A stretch of DNA of 64,000 nucleotides from Candidatus Iainarchaeum sp. (GTDB lineage: Archaea; Micrarchaeota; Micrarchaeia; Burarchaeales; Fermentimicrarchaeaceae). The translations under genes were made by a program, and so were the position numbers. Every line of letters begins with the position of its first letter. Within the stretch, counting starts at the first letter, position 1. The DNA lies in contig JAQTMQ010000003.1 in NCBI GenBank assembly GCA_028714235.1, positions 1,306-65,305 on the forward strand. The letters run 5' to 3'. This document shows positions 17,900 to 26,530 of the stretch, piece by piece. Under the pieces are notes generated by a model. It worked only from the letters and a program-made list of their open reading frames with translations, was not told where the DNA came from and searched no databases.

Positions 17900-18691
17900 C
17901 TACAATTCCTTCACCGAGGCCGGCACGCAGTAGGACCAGTCGACGCACCGGCGCAGGTCGTCGCCAGTAAGCGCGGCGACTTCCGCGTTGAGCGTGGTCC
18001 CTACGGTGCCCCTTATCTCGTTGACGGTCTGCCTCACCGCGGCGATTGCCGTGTCCTTGGTGGCGCCTTTCGCGCTCACCTGGACGTAGGTCAGCATGGC
18101 GCGCGGCCTGTCGCCTGAGGACACCTTGGATATGACGTTGTCCCACATGGATATCTCGCGCTCGAGCGTCAGGATTCTTGCCGGGTCCACCTTCTCCTTC
18201 TCGTTTTCCTTCGCGATTTCCATCTGCGTCCTCGCCTTCCTCTCCTCGATGCTGTCCTTGTAGCGCGAGAGGTCCTTGATGTACACGAGCACGCTGTATT
18301 TCGTCACCGTCTTGAGGCTGGAAACCGCGCGCTCCCAGAGCTCCATGAACGAGAACTTCTCCTTCTCGCTCATCGTGGTCGCGGACTTGAAGATGCGCAC
18401 CGCGGCGAACATGGTCGCGTAGTACCCGTCGCCGACGCGCTTCACGACCACGTCGTCTGTGAGCGGTATCTCGTAGTCCGCCTCCTTGCTCTCTATCACG
18501 CGCTTGCGCTGCGTGAAGTAGGGTATCATCCAGTAGCCCCACTTGTAAAGGACGAACGATACGGGCGCCGCGATTATGGAGACCAGCATCAGGAGTATCG
18601 CGAGCGGGCCGAAATAGTAGCCGCCCGCGAAAACGAGCAGCGAGCAGGCTACCGAGATTCCAATAAGCGCGATGGCGAAAGGGTTTTCCAA
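17900..18691 (-). CDS. bitopic membrane protein P2, paralogue of P1. Probable TTG start at 18689-18691; the ORF-track N-terminus out to 18988 overlaps the upstream gene and is Arg-rich, so probably spurious
   Basis: The upstream gene M1 stops at 18718-18720, so translation must start after that. TTG with AGGGA 5 nt upstream gives an N-terminus (ENPFAIALIGISVACSLLVFAGG) matching P1 architecture. An alternative ATG (MLVSII) lies further in. Confidence 0.45.
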   Translation of the reverse strand: MENPFAIALIGISVACSLLVFAGGYYFGPLAILLMLVSIIAAPVSFVLYKWGYWMIPYFTQRKRVIESKEADYEIPLTDDVVVKRVGDGYYATMFAAVRIFKSATTMSEKEKFSFMELWERAVSSLKTVTKYSVLVYIKDLSRYKDSIEERKARTQMEIAKENEKEKVDPARILTLEREISMWDNVISKVSSGDRPRAMLTYVQVSAKGATKDTAIAAVRQTVNEIRGTVGTTLNAEVAALTGDDLRRCVDWSYCVPASVKEL

Positions 18692-18717
18692 TTCAATCCC
18701 TGCAAAAGCCGCTTCGC

Positions 18718-19806
18718 CTATATCAGGCGGACCAGCCCCCGCCCGATTTCGGTGATGTCGGCGCCTAATAGTGGCGCCAGCACCTTTATAAAGGTGATAG
18801 TGGCCGCCATGACGATAATCGGGTAGAAAAGCACCTTCAAAAGCACGCCCGGAAGGTACGAGTTCGCGCTGTTGATTCCGGCGGTGATGGACGGGTCGGA
18901 CTGGTCTTCCGCGGTGCGCATCGCGTACTCGGCGTCGTTGTTGCAGCAGGTGAGCGCCGAAACGTCGACGAACGTGAGCCCGGAGCACACGTCCTCTATG
19001 ATGCCTACCTGGTTGGCGAGCGCGCTCTCGTCCTGGCTGATGAGGGAGAGGAATGCAATCATGGTCGGGAACACGAGGAACAGCCCTATGGCTATCGCTA
19101 TCAGCAGGCCGCCTGCCCCGCGCGTCGGGGGGAAGATGCGGAGGAAGACGCCGAGCGGAAGGAAGGTTGCGAACGCGGACGTCTTGAAGAACTCAAGCAG
19201 CCCCTTCCATATGGATACCAGCATGAGGGACTGGGTGATGTACGAGCCCGCTATGTGCGCCGGCTCCACGCGCAGGGGCCGGAGGAACGCGGCCACCGGG
19301 ACGTCTATCCCGACCGCGTTTATGTAGATGGAGAAGGTTGAAAGCGCTTCCACCGGGAAGTTGCAGAAGTAGTACGTGCGGTAATAGTATTGCAGCGCGT
19401 TCTGCAGGTCGTTCAGGTACGCGTCGGAAATCGCGAACGGGTTCACGCCGTGGCCGAGGATGGTCCCGAACAGCTGGTCGCTCATCATCAGTTGCGTCAT
19501 GGATATGAGGCCGAGCACGAGTATGAGGCTCGCGAGCGACTGGTAGAACTCGGCCTTCGCCCAGTTCCGGAGGCTGTGCATGTCGAACGCGATTGCAATC
19601 ATGTACGCGAGCGCGACCACGGAGAACGAGATTGTCACCGCGAGGAGCGCCGACGGGCCCCATATCGCCCATGTGGCCGAAATCGCGTCAACCTCCGCCT
19701 GGAACCATTGCGGCCGCGGCGTCGGGCTTTCCTGGGCGAAGGCGGCCGCTGCGAAGAAGGCGAGGACGAGCGCCGAAAATGCAATCCGCTTCAGGCCAGG
19801 CATCAT
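18718..19806 (-). CDS. polytopic membrane protein, paralogue M1 of a six-member family (signal peptide plus at least 6 TM; candidate VirB6/TrbL/CedA-like channel component)
   Basis: ORF track. Signal peptide ...AAAFA/QE. Family motifs WAKAEFYQ and LPLGVFLRIFPPTRGAGGLLIAIAIGLFLVFP. C-terminus GADITEIGRGLVRLI. Confidence 0.6.
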   Translation of the reverse strand: MMPGLKRIAFSALVLAFFAAAAFAQESPTPRPQWFQAEVDAISATWAIWGPSALLAVTISFSVVALAYMIAIAFDMHSLRNWAKAEFYQSLASLILVLGLISMTQLMMSDQLFGTILGHGVNPFAISDAYLNDLQNALQYYYRTYYFCNFPVEALSTFSIYINAVGIDVPVAAFLRPLRVEPAHIAGSYITQSLMLVSIWKGLLEFFKTSAFATFLPLGVFLRIFPPTRGAGGLLIAIAIGLFLVFPTMIAFLSLISQDESALANQVGIIEDVCSGLTFVDVSALTCCNNDAEYAMRTAEDQSDPSITAGINSANSYLPGVLLKVLFYPIIVMAATITFIKVLAPLLGADITEIGRGLVRLI

Positions 19807-20972
19807 ATCAGCCTCGTGATGTTGCTCACGTCCACCTCTTCCCCGAGCATCGCCGAAAGCCCGCGTATGAACGAGACCATGACCAGGAACACCGCGAACG
19901 GCACGAACACCGCGCCGAGAACCAGGAGCGAAAGGAAGCCGCAGACCGGCTGCATCACCGAATCAAAAATGCCTTTCATCCAGTTGGACAGGTCAAACGA
20001 CCCGCCCGGCGTGCCGGTCGGCAGTGCGGACATGGCGTCCTCGTCGTACAGGGCTGCCACGCTCGCGTCGATGTTGTCCTGCAGTATCCCGTAGAACAGT
20101 ACGACCGACATCGGGTAGATGAAGTAGAACCCGAGCGCGAGCGCGATGAGCGCGCCCCCGAAGCCGCGCGTGATGCCGAACGAGCGCAGCAGGACCCCTG
20201 CAACCAGCAGCGGGCCGAAAAGCCGCGAAAACATCTTGAGGAGGATTATTTGCGCGATGATGATTATTTGCGAGCTCGAGATGGTTATCATCGCGATGTT
20301 GAACATCTGCCCGAGGTTCGCGAACCCCTGGCCGAAGCTCACCATGAAGCCGAGCCCGTTCGGGTTGAGCGCGAGCGTGGTCGAGCTTGCGGCCGAGATT
20401 GCCATGTTGATGACTATCACCGCCCAGAAGCCGGCGCTCACGAGGCTGAGGAAGTGCTCGAGGTTGTAGAGCGCGACGCTGTACGGGTTGCAGCTGCCCC
20501 ATTGTATTTCCGAGTCGTAGTACCCCACGCTCAATACCGCGAGGCTCGGCGCGCTTCCGGGCGTGCACGCCGCGCCGATGACGTCCGCCTGGAGGCCGCA
20601 CCCGAAGCCGACAATCCAGACGAGCAGCCCGGCGAGGACGAGCATGGCGATGCTTTCGTAAACCTGGTTTTTCGCCCATATCCTGAGCCCCGCGTGGTTC
20701 ATGAGGCCCGAAAGCGCGTAAACCACCCCGGCGGAAGCGATGACGACGAGCAGGGTGAGCACGAGAACTCCCTGCCACGAGGTCCACATGGACTGGAGGC
20801 CGCCGGACATCGCGTCGCTTTCGCATGCGGGCGGGAACGGGTTTGACCCGCTCACCGCCCTCCCGCCCGAGGTGCAGCCGGCGAGCATCGCCGCCGCTAG
20901 CGCCGCGAGCAGGAAGGGCGCGAACCGCGCCAGCCTCGGCTTTTTGCGTGGAGGGGACGGCATTGCAATCAC
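19803..20972 (-). CDS. polytopic membrane protein, paralogue M2; N-terminus has lipobox-like LAGC
   Basis: ORF track. Motifs WAKNQVYE and LRSFGITRGFGGALIALALGFYFIYPM. C-terminus VDVSNITRLI. 4-nt overlap (ATGA type) with M1 and with M3. Confidence 0.6.
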   Translation of the reverse strand: MIAMPSPPRKKPRLARFAPFLLAALAAAMLAGCTSGGRAVSGSNPFPPACESDAMSGGLQSMWTSWQGVLVLTLLVVIASAGVVYALSGLMNHAGLRIWAKNQVYESIAMLVLAGLLVWIVGFGCGLQADVIGAACTPGSAPSLAVLSVGYYDSEIQWGSCNPYSVALYNLEHFLSLVSAGFWAVIVINMAISAASSTTLALNPNGLGFMVSFGQGFANLGQMFNIAMITISSSQIIIIAQIILLKMFSRLFGPLLVAGVLLRSFGITRGFGGALIALALGFYFIYPMSVVLFYGILQDNIDASVAALYDEDAMSALPTGTPGGSFDLSNWMKGIFDSVMQPVCGFLSLLVLGAVFVPFAVFLVMVSFIRGLSAMLGEEVDVSNITRLI

Positions 20973-21985
20973 AGGAGCTTGGAAAGCGCGCTCACGTCTA
21001 TCTCTCCGCCGAACACGGTGGCCATTTCCTTCATGAACGTGAACGTGAGCGTGAAGTTCAGCACCGGGAGCAGTATGGAAACGATGACTATCAGGTAAAC
21101 CGGCGCCAGCATCCAGCTGATTACGTACGTCATCAAGCTGGACCAGGTCACCGTCAGGTCAAGCGACAGGATTGGCGGCGGCGTGTCGGCAAGGCCCGCC
21201 TGGTCCTGCTGGACGAGCGGTATCTCGAATAGCACGAGCATGGGGTAGACCACGTAAAGCCCGAGCATCAGCGCGAGCATCGCCGCCCCGGCCGCGCGCG
21301 TGAAGGAGAACGCGCGCAGGGCGAGCCCGATGGGAAGCAGGAGTATGAGTTTTGTGCGGATGAACGTGAGGATTATTATCTGCCCCCACAGCGAGCCGAG
21401 CCCCATGCCCGCGAACAGCGTCATCATGTTCGTGAACTCGTTTATCGGGAAGAGCCCGGCGAGCGGGGCGAGCGCGAAGCCGGTCTGGTAGGGCATGAGG
21501 TAGAGCTGGTAGCTCGTCAGCACGCCGGTCGTGAAGTTCAGTATGGTCAGGAACGATTCCCAGAGCCACATGGCGTCCCGCTTTGCGATGAGGAAGCAGG
21601 ACACGTAGTCGAACGCGGTCGAGAAAGGCGGCTTCTCGTCCGTAGAGCAGGCGTAGGAAAGGCCGGTCAGGGACACGTCAACCCAGCCGCCCCCGCCCGA
21701 GCCGATGCAGGAGGTGCATGGCGCGTCCGGCGTCGTGCCCATGGCCCCGACCTGCGCCGCGACCCCGTCGACTATCGCGAGCCCGATGAATATGAGCACT
21801 ATGAGGGCGACGCTTGCGAAGCCCTGGTAATACTCTTCCTTCGCCCAGAGCGTCACGCGGGGAATCCTGAGCCCGGCTCCCACCATGTACGCGAGCCCGG
21901 CTATCGCGAACACCGCGGAAACCGCGGCGAGAGTCACCGAATACCAGTCCGAACCCAACGCCATAATCGCACCGGAACCAATCAT
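20969..21985 (-). CDS. polytopic membrane protein, paralogue M3 (no cleavable signal peptide apparent)
   Basis: ORF track. Motifs WAKEEYYQ and LRAFSFTRAAGAAMLALMLGLYVVYPM. C-terminus IDVSALSKLL. Confidence 0.6.
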   Translation of the reverse strand: MIGSGAIMALGSDWYSVTLAAVSAVFAIAGLAYMVGAGLRIPRVTLWAKEEYYQGFASVALIVLIFIGLAIVDGVAAQVGAMGTTPDAPCTSCIGSGGGGWVDVSLTGLSYACSTDEKPPFSTAFDYVSCFLIAKRDAMWLWESFLTILNFTTGVLTSYQLYLMPYQTGFALAPLAGLFPINEFTNMMTLFAGMGLGSLWGQIIILTFIRTKLILLLPIGLALRAFSFTRAAGAAMLALMLGLYVVYPMLVLFEIPLVQQDQAGLADTPPPILSLDLTVTWSSLMTYVISWMLAPVYLIVIVSILLPVLNFTLTFTFMKEMATVFGGEIDVSALSKLL

Positions 21986-23457
21986 AACAGATGCGTCAGC
22001 CCGGCTATTTCAATGTCGCCTCCGAGCAGCGGCGAAAGCGTCTTGATGAACGAAACCGTCACCAGTCCTATTATTATCGGAATCATGAAGCCGGGCACGA
22101 TGAGCTGCCCGACGACCGAGATGACCTTGTAGAGCCACGCGAACTCGAGCTCGATGTTCAGCGGGTCCCGGTCGAAAATCCCCATCAGCTCGGGCCCGAC
22201 GCCAATCGTGAGTATCGTGGCCACCTGGGGCGTGCAGAAACGGACCGGGCAAACCTCCTTCCTGTACTGCTCGGCCGCCTCCGGGGTTTTCAGCCAGTCC
22301 GAAGCCGACGCCCACCACGGCCGCGTCGTGTCGCAGGTGCAGCTTTGGACGTCCCACTTGTCAAGCCAGAGCTGCGACTCGTCGAACATGTAGTTGTCCA
22401 TGAGGAGGATGTACATGAGCGGGTAAACCGTGTACAGCCCTATCGCTACCGCCATCAGGAGCCCGCCGAGCCGCCTCGTGAAGAAAAGCGTGCGCAGGAT
22501 TATGCCGAGGGCGAGCAGCACCGGGAAAACGGATTCCTGGATCATGCGGAGCATGAATTCCTGCGCGATGAAGCTCGCAATCCACGAGAAAAGGAACGGC
22601 ATTATGCCCGCAACCGCCTCGGAAAGCATCGTGACCCCGGCGTAAGGGCTGACGCTGAAGCCGAAGGCGAGGTGGCACGGAATCGGGCACGGGAACACCG
22701 GCATCTGCCCTGTTTCCTGGTTCGGGGAGATGTCAATGAACTTGCTGAACCCGGAAAGCGCCCTCATGCGGATGTTCAGGTTGAGCAGGTTGTCCGCCTG
22801 GATGACCATCGCGCCCTGCGAGAAGTTGAGGATTTTCCTCGCGCACGTTATGTGGTAATTCGGGTCGGACGGGGCGGTCGGCATCGCGCCGAAAGGCGAG
22901 ATGCCTCCGGCCTGCATGCTCGCGGGAAGCTCGCCGATGAGGTTCGCGCAGCTGAGCGTGCACCGGTTGTTGACGCACGTGAAGCCGTTGCTGCACGCCG
23001 CCGCGCCCCCGCCGGACGGAGTGATGCACAGCTGGCCGAGCGGGCAGTCCAGGTCCTGCGCGCATCTCGCGGGCTCTCCGGGCGGGCGGCAGTCCGCGTC
23101 GCCGCCGCAGGCTTCCGGGAACGGCGAAACCGCGGTTTTTGACGCGGCAAGCTGGCCGGAGAGGTTGCCGAGGCCGTACACGAAACCGATTACGAGCGTG
23201 AGTATGAGCAGGCTCGCGATTCCCTGGTAAAGCTCGTCCTTCGCCCACACGGTCAGCCTGCGCAGCCCGAAGCCCATCCCTATCATGTACGGGATTGCGG
23301 GAAAGAAGAGCGCTATCACCGCGGCGGTGAGCGCGACCGCGCCCCAGTTCTCCCCGTTTGCGCCCCAGATGTCGGAAAAGGTCGTGGGCGACGCTGCGCA
23401 AGCGGCGCATGCGAACAATGAGAGCGCGAGCAACGCGGTTCGCGGCGAAATCCCCAT
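21982..23457 (-). CDS. polytopic membrane protein, paralogue M4, with Cys-rich extracytoplasmic insertion (CGGDADCRPPGEPARCAQDLDCPLGQLCITPSGGGAAACSNGFTCVNNRCTLSC). Start trimmed to ATG at 23455-23457
   Basis: The ORF-track N-terminal 239 residues are Arg-rich and overlap M5 in another frame. The internal Met gives a signal peptide MGISPRTALLALSLFACAACAAS. Motifs WAKDELYQ and LRTLFFTRRLGGLLMAVAIGLYTVYPL. Confidence 0.55.
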   Translation of the reverse strand: MGISPRTALLALSLFACAACAASPTTFSDIWGANGENWGAVALTAAVIALFFPAIPYMIGMGFGLRRLTVWAKDELYQGIASLLILTLVIGFVYGLGNLSGQLAASKTAVSPFPEACGGDADCRPPGEPARCAQDLDCPLGQLCITPSGGGAAACSNGFTCVNNRCTLSCANLIGELPASMQAGGISPFGAMPTAPSDPNYHITCARKILNFSQGAMVIQADNLLNLNIRMRALSGFSKFIDISPNQETGQMPVFPCPIPCHLAFGFSVSPYAGVTMLSEAVAGIMPFLFSWIASFIAQEFMLRMIQESVFPVLLALGIILRTLFFTRRLGGLLMAVAIGLYTVYPLMYILLMDNYMFDESQLWLDKWDVQSCTCDTTRPWWASASDWLKTPEAAEQYRKEVCPVRFCTPQVATILTIGVGPELMGIFDRDPLNIELEFAWLYKVISVVGQLIVPGFMIPIIIGLVTVSFIKTLSPLLGGDIEIAGLTHLL

Positions 23458-23462
23458 CCAAA

Positions 23463-24473
23463 TCAACCGAACGGCGACGGAAAGTTTTGCGAGAAGACTT
23501 TCGTCATGCTCTTGATGAACGCGTAAAGTATGGCGAGGTCGAGCAGGGGCAGGAACACCGCCTGCGGCACGAGGATGGCGACTTTCTGCACCTGCTCCAT
23601 GGGCGCGAACATCTGGATGACCGAGCGCAAGGCGTTGAATGCTGCGAACGGGCCGACGAACACCGATGCCGAGCCGCCCGCCTGCCCCCAGTCGCTCGCG
23701 CTCTCGTACGCGAAGCCGACGTCCCCGATGCTTGCGACCACGGCGCCGTTGAACACGTAGAGCATGGGCCACACGATGTACGCGCCGAGCCCTATCGCGA
23801 TGAACGCCGCCCCCGCCGTCCTGAGGAACGGGAACACGCGGAAGAACACGCCCATCGGGAGCACTATCTTGAACGCCACCGCCTGCGCAAGGTTGAGGAG
23901 AATCTCCTGCAGGAGGAGCGACGAGAAAAGGGTCGAGGCCAGCAGGAAAAGGAAGTTCAGGAGCGCGTTTATCGCGCTCAGCCCCGCAAGCGGCTGGAAG
24001 CCGCTGGGCGGCGCGCCGACCGGGACGAAGAACGCGCCTGCGACGGAAGCGTAGATGGCGAGCAGGAAAAGCTCCATTGCCACGTTCAGGGTTTTCTGCC
24101 ATATCAGGTCGTTCAGGTAGCTCCTCGCCGCGGAGAACGGGTCGCCGCCCGCAAGCGAGAACGTGGCCGTGCACGCGATTACCCCGAGCGAGGACACGAG
24201 GTAGATTATGAAGAAGGATATGAGCGCCTGGTAGAATTCGTCCTTGACCCAGAGAATCCAGTCAAGCCTCGAGAGGAGCACCGCGGACATGTAGACGATG
24301 GAAAGGAAGAGCATTATCGCCATGATGCCGGACAGCGCGAGCGAAATCCACGTGCCCCCGCCCTGCGTCCACTCCGAATCAAGCGTGCAGAGCTCCGCCG
24401 CATGGCACGTGCCGCACAGCGCAAGCAGTAGGAAAACCGCGGCTGCAAACGTTTTCATGCGGCGCGGATTCAT
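23463..24473 (-). CDS. polytopic membrane protein, paralogue M5 (start at MNPRRMKTF...; ORF-track start at 24536 would overlap M6)
   Basis: Signal peptide MNPRRMKTFAAAVFLLLALCGTCHA. Motifs WVKDEFYQ and FRVFPFLRTAGAAFIAIGLGAYIVWPM. M6 stop at 24478-24480. Confidence 0.55.
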   Translation of the reverse strand: MNPRRMKTFAAAVFLLLALCGTCHAAELCTLDSEWTQGGGTWISLALSGIMAIMLFLSIVYMSAVLLSRLDWILWVKDEFYQALISFFIIYLVSSLGVIACTATFSLAGGDPFSAARSYLNDLIWQKTLNVAMELFLLAIYASVAGAFFVPVGAPPSGFQPLAGLSAINALLNFLFLLASTLFSSLLLQEILLNLAQAVAFKIVLPMGVFFRVFPFLRTAGAAFIAIGLGAYIVWPMLYVFNGAVVASIGDVGFAYESASDWGQAGGSASVFVGPFAAFNALRSVIQMFAPMEQVQKVAILVPQAVFLPLLDLAILYAFIKSMTKVFSQNFPSPFG

Positions 24474-24477
24474 CCAA

Positions 24478-25566
24478 TCACAGCCCGAGCTTTGACATGC
24501 CGAACACCTGCGGGTCCCCGCCGAGCGCAACCGCAAGCGACCTGAACGCGGTCACGGTGATTATGAAGTCCAGGATGAAGAGCAGCATTATGGAAACGAA
24601 CAGCTGCACCGCCGGGCGGAGGACGTTGACCACCGCGTGCACGTTCTGGCCGCTGAGTATCGCGAACGGCGTGAGGATGCTGCCCAGCAGGAATCCCGTG
24701 ATGCCGCCGAGGAGCGACCCCGGGCTGACGACCTGGAGGAGCACGGGGTCGAACGCGTAAAGCATGAATATCTCGTTTGAAAGCGCGAGGGCCAGCGGGT
24801 AGACGAAATACAGGGTGAGCGCCATCGCGATTACGGTGCTCCCGAGCCTCCTCGTGAAGGTGAAGGAGCGCATCACGAGCCCAAGGGGAAGGAAGAACGA
24901 GAGCATGTGGTTTTCCGCAAACGTCAGCAGGATGAACTGCGCGGCCACCGCGAAATACGCGCTGAAAAGCACGGAAAAGAAGGGCCGGAGCCCTGAAAGT
25001 ATGTCGCTGAGTCCCGAAAGCAGTGCGACGCGCGTGCCGTCGCGAACGTAAACGACGACCGCTCCGGGGGCGAGCAACGGAAGCGGGATGGGGATGAACA
25101 TGCTCACCGAAAACGAGCTCAGCATCGCGTACTCCTGTATCGTGCCGACAGAGTTCGTGAGCACCGTCGCGACGCTGCCTTGCGCGCGGTCAAGGTACGC
25201 CCTCCCGGCCTGGATGTGGTCGCCGCCCGTCAGCGCAATCGAGATGTCGCCGACGGCAATGACGAGCGTGAAGACCACCGCGAGAAGGAACAGGTTGAGC
25301 ACGGCCTCGAAGAACTCGTTTTTCGCCCATTCCGTAATCTTGCCGAGCCCGAACGCCGCGCCCATCATGTAGGCGAGCCCTGCGAACATGAAGCCGAGCG
25401 ACGCGGCGAGAAGCGCGGTCGGCACCCAGTCGCCGAAAATTGCGGCGCTCGGGGGCAGCGCCTGCGGGGTCGCGGACGCCTGGGGCGTCGCCGGGCACGC
25501 GGCCGGGGGGAGGATGGCGAGCAACGCTAGCAAGGCGGCTAACGCGCGAAAACGTGCTGGCGGCAT
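24478..25566 (-). CDS. polytopic membrane protein, paralogue M6 (first gene of the six-gene block)
   Basis: ORF track. Motifs WAKNEFFE and MRSFTFTRRLGSTVIAMALTLYFVYPL. TATA-like element 25589-25600 upstream. Confidence 0.6.
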   Translation of the reverse strand: MPPARFRALAALLALLAILPPAACPATPQASATPQALPPSAAIFGDWVPTALLAASLGFMFAGLAYMMGAAFGLGKITEWAKNEFFEAVLNLFLLAVVFTLVIAVGDISIALTGGDHIQAGRAYLDRAQGSVATVLTNSVGTIQEYAMLSSFSVSMFIPIPLPLLAPGAVVVYVRDGTRVALLSGLSDILSGLRPFFSVLFSAYFAVAAQFILLTFAENHMLSFFLPLGLVMRSFTFTRRLGSTVIAMALTLYFVYPLALALSNEIFMLYAFDPVLLQVVSPGSLLGGITGFLLGSILTPFAILSGQNVHAVVNVLRPAVQLFVSIMLLFILDFIITVTAFRSLAVALGGDPQVFGMSKLGL

Positions 25567-25588
25567 CGGTGGGAATTAGGCGCGCATC

Positions 25589-25600
25589 TTTTATTATAAT
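25589..25600 (-). promoter_or_regulatory. TATA-box-like element (ATTATAATAAAA on minus strand) about 25-30 nt upstream of the M6 start codon; candidate promoter of the six-gene membrane-protein operon
   Basis: Isolated AT-rich dodecamer in a GC-rich 161-bp intergenic spacer; spacing to the ATG at 25564-25566. Confidence 0.4.
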
Positions 25601-25727
25601 GTTTGCAGGGCCGGCGGCCGCGCCCCTGCCGCCCGATGGAAACGGAAACCGGAAAACTAGGGATTTGGAAAAGAAACGGAAAAAAAGATGGGACGGGCCA
25701 AACCGCGTCTGGCCCCTGGCTCGGCGT

Positions 25728-26042
25728 TCAGGAACCGCTCATTCCCACGAGGAAGTCAACAAGGAACGGGGCTATGATGACTATCAGGATTCCGACTACC
25801 CCCCCGACAATCATCGCCATCGCCCAGTTCTGTGCCTTCTGCCTAGTCGCCGCGTCGAATACCTGCCCTACCGCGTACACGAGCCCCGCGAGGATGAAGA
25901 GTGCGAGCACGACTATGGGAACGATGTCCTTAATCAGCTGCACCAAATCCAGGAGCGACGTGTTGATGTTGCTCGCCAGACGCGAAGTGGCAAAAACTGC
26001 GCCGCTTGCAAGAAGCGGCGCCAGTGCGCGAAACGACCTCAT
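25728..26042 (-). CDS. pilin-like small membrane protein, copy C (about 105 aa): signal peptide plus two hydrophobic helices separated by a basic loop (VirB2/TrbC/CedA1-like layout)
   Basis: Internal Met (MRSFRALAPLLASGAVFATS...) of ORF 25728..26309. The longer N-terminus overlaps copy B out of frame. Conserved core LAGLVYAVGQVFDAATRQKAQNWAMAMIVGGVVGI. Confidence 0.5.
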   Translation of the reverse strand: MRSFRALAPLLASGAVFATSRLASNINTSLLDLVQLIKDIVPIVVLALFILAGLVYAVGQVFDAATRQKAQNWAMAMIVGGVVGILIVIIAPFLVDFLVGMSGS

Positions 26043-26065
26043 ACCAGTCACCGGTACCTGCCCGC

Positions 26066-26413
26066 TTAGCAGATTGGAACCGAGGCTCCCGAAAGCGCGG
26101 GCACGAACGCACCGATTATGATTGGCGCGATCACCGCGAGTATGATGCCGATTATGCCGCCGAGTATGAGCGACATCGCCCAGCCCTGTGCCTTCGCCTT
26201 CGTCTCGGCGCCGAACGCCTGGCCTGCGGCGTACGCGAGCCCAGCAAGGAAGAAGAGCACGAGCGCCAGCGTCGGAAGCACGGCAACCACGATCTGCTTG
26301 ACAGAGCACAGCGCCGAGTTGATTGGGCCGACGCTGATGGTGCTCGTCGCGAACGCGAGTCCGCTGAACGCAGCCAACACTAATGCCAACATTGCATATC
26401 TTTGCAGTTTCAT
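26066..26413 (-). CDS. pilin-like small membrane protein, copy B (115 aa)
   Basis: ORF track. Sec-type signal peptide ...GLAFA/TSTISV, then two hydrophobic helices with loop QAFGAETKAKAQGW. Perfect TTTAAATA about 80 nt upstream. Confidence 0.65.
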   Translation of the reverse strand: MKLQRYAMLALVLAAFSGLAFATSTISVGPINSALCSVKQIVVAVLPTLALVLFFLAGLAYAAGQAFGAETKAKAQGWAMSLILGGIIGIILAVIAPIIIGAFVPALSGASVPIC

Positions 26414-26493
26414 CCCTTACCCCCCCATAGCGGCCAACCGCGGCTTCCGTGCCGCGACGGCGCTAATCCTGAACCAGAATTGTGCATTCCGTA

Positions 26494-26501
26494 CTATTTA
26501 A
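26494..26501 (-). promoter_or_regulatory. consensus archaeal TATA box TTTAAATA (minus strand) between pilin copies A and B, upstream of copy B
   Basis: Exact TTTAWATA match on the minus strand in the 117-bp intergenic region. Confidence 0.4.
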
Positions 26502-26530
26502 ACCTTTCCATGAGTGTATTAATGTACGCC

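Noticed and set aside
18692-18988. N-terminal extension of P2 (ORF-track start at 18988)
   Set aside because: Would overlap the upstream M1 gene by 270 nt in another frame. The sequence is Arg/His-rich, and M1 ends at 18718.
23458-24174. 239-residue N-terminal extension of paralogue M4 in the ORF track
   Set aside because: Overlaps M5 in a different frame and is Arg-rich. The internal Met at 23457 gives a proper signal peptide matching the other paralogues.
26043-26309. N-terminal extension of pilin copy C (ORF 25728..26309)
   Set aside because: Overlaps pilin copy B out of frame and is Arg-rich. The apparent GSLGSNL similarity with the 26463..27440 ORF just reflects shared nucleotide sequence from the tandem duplication read in a wrong frame.
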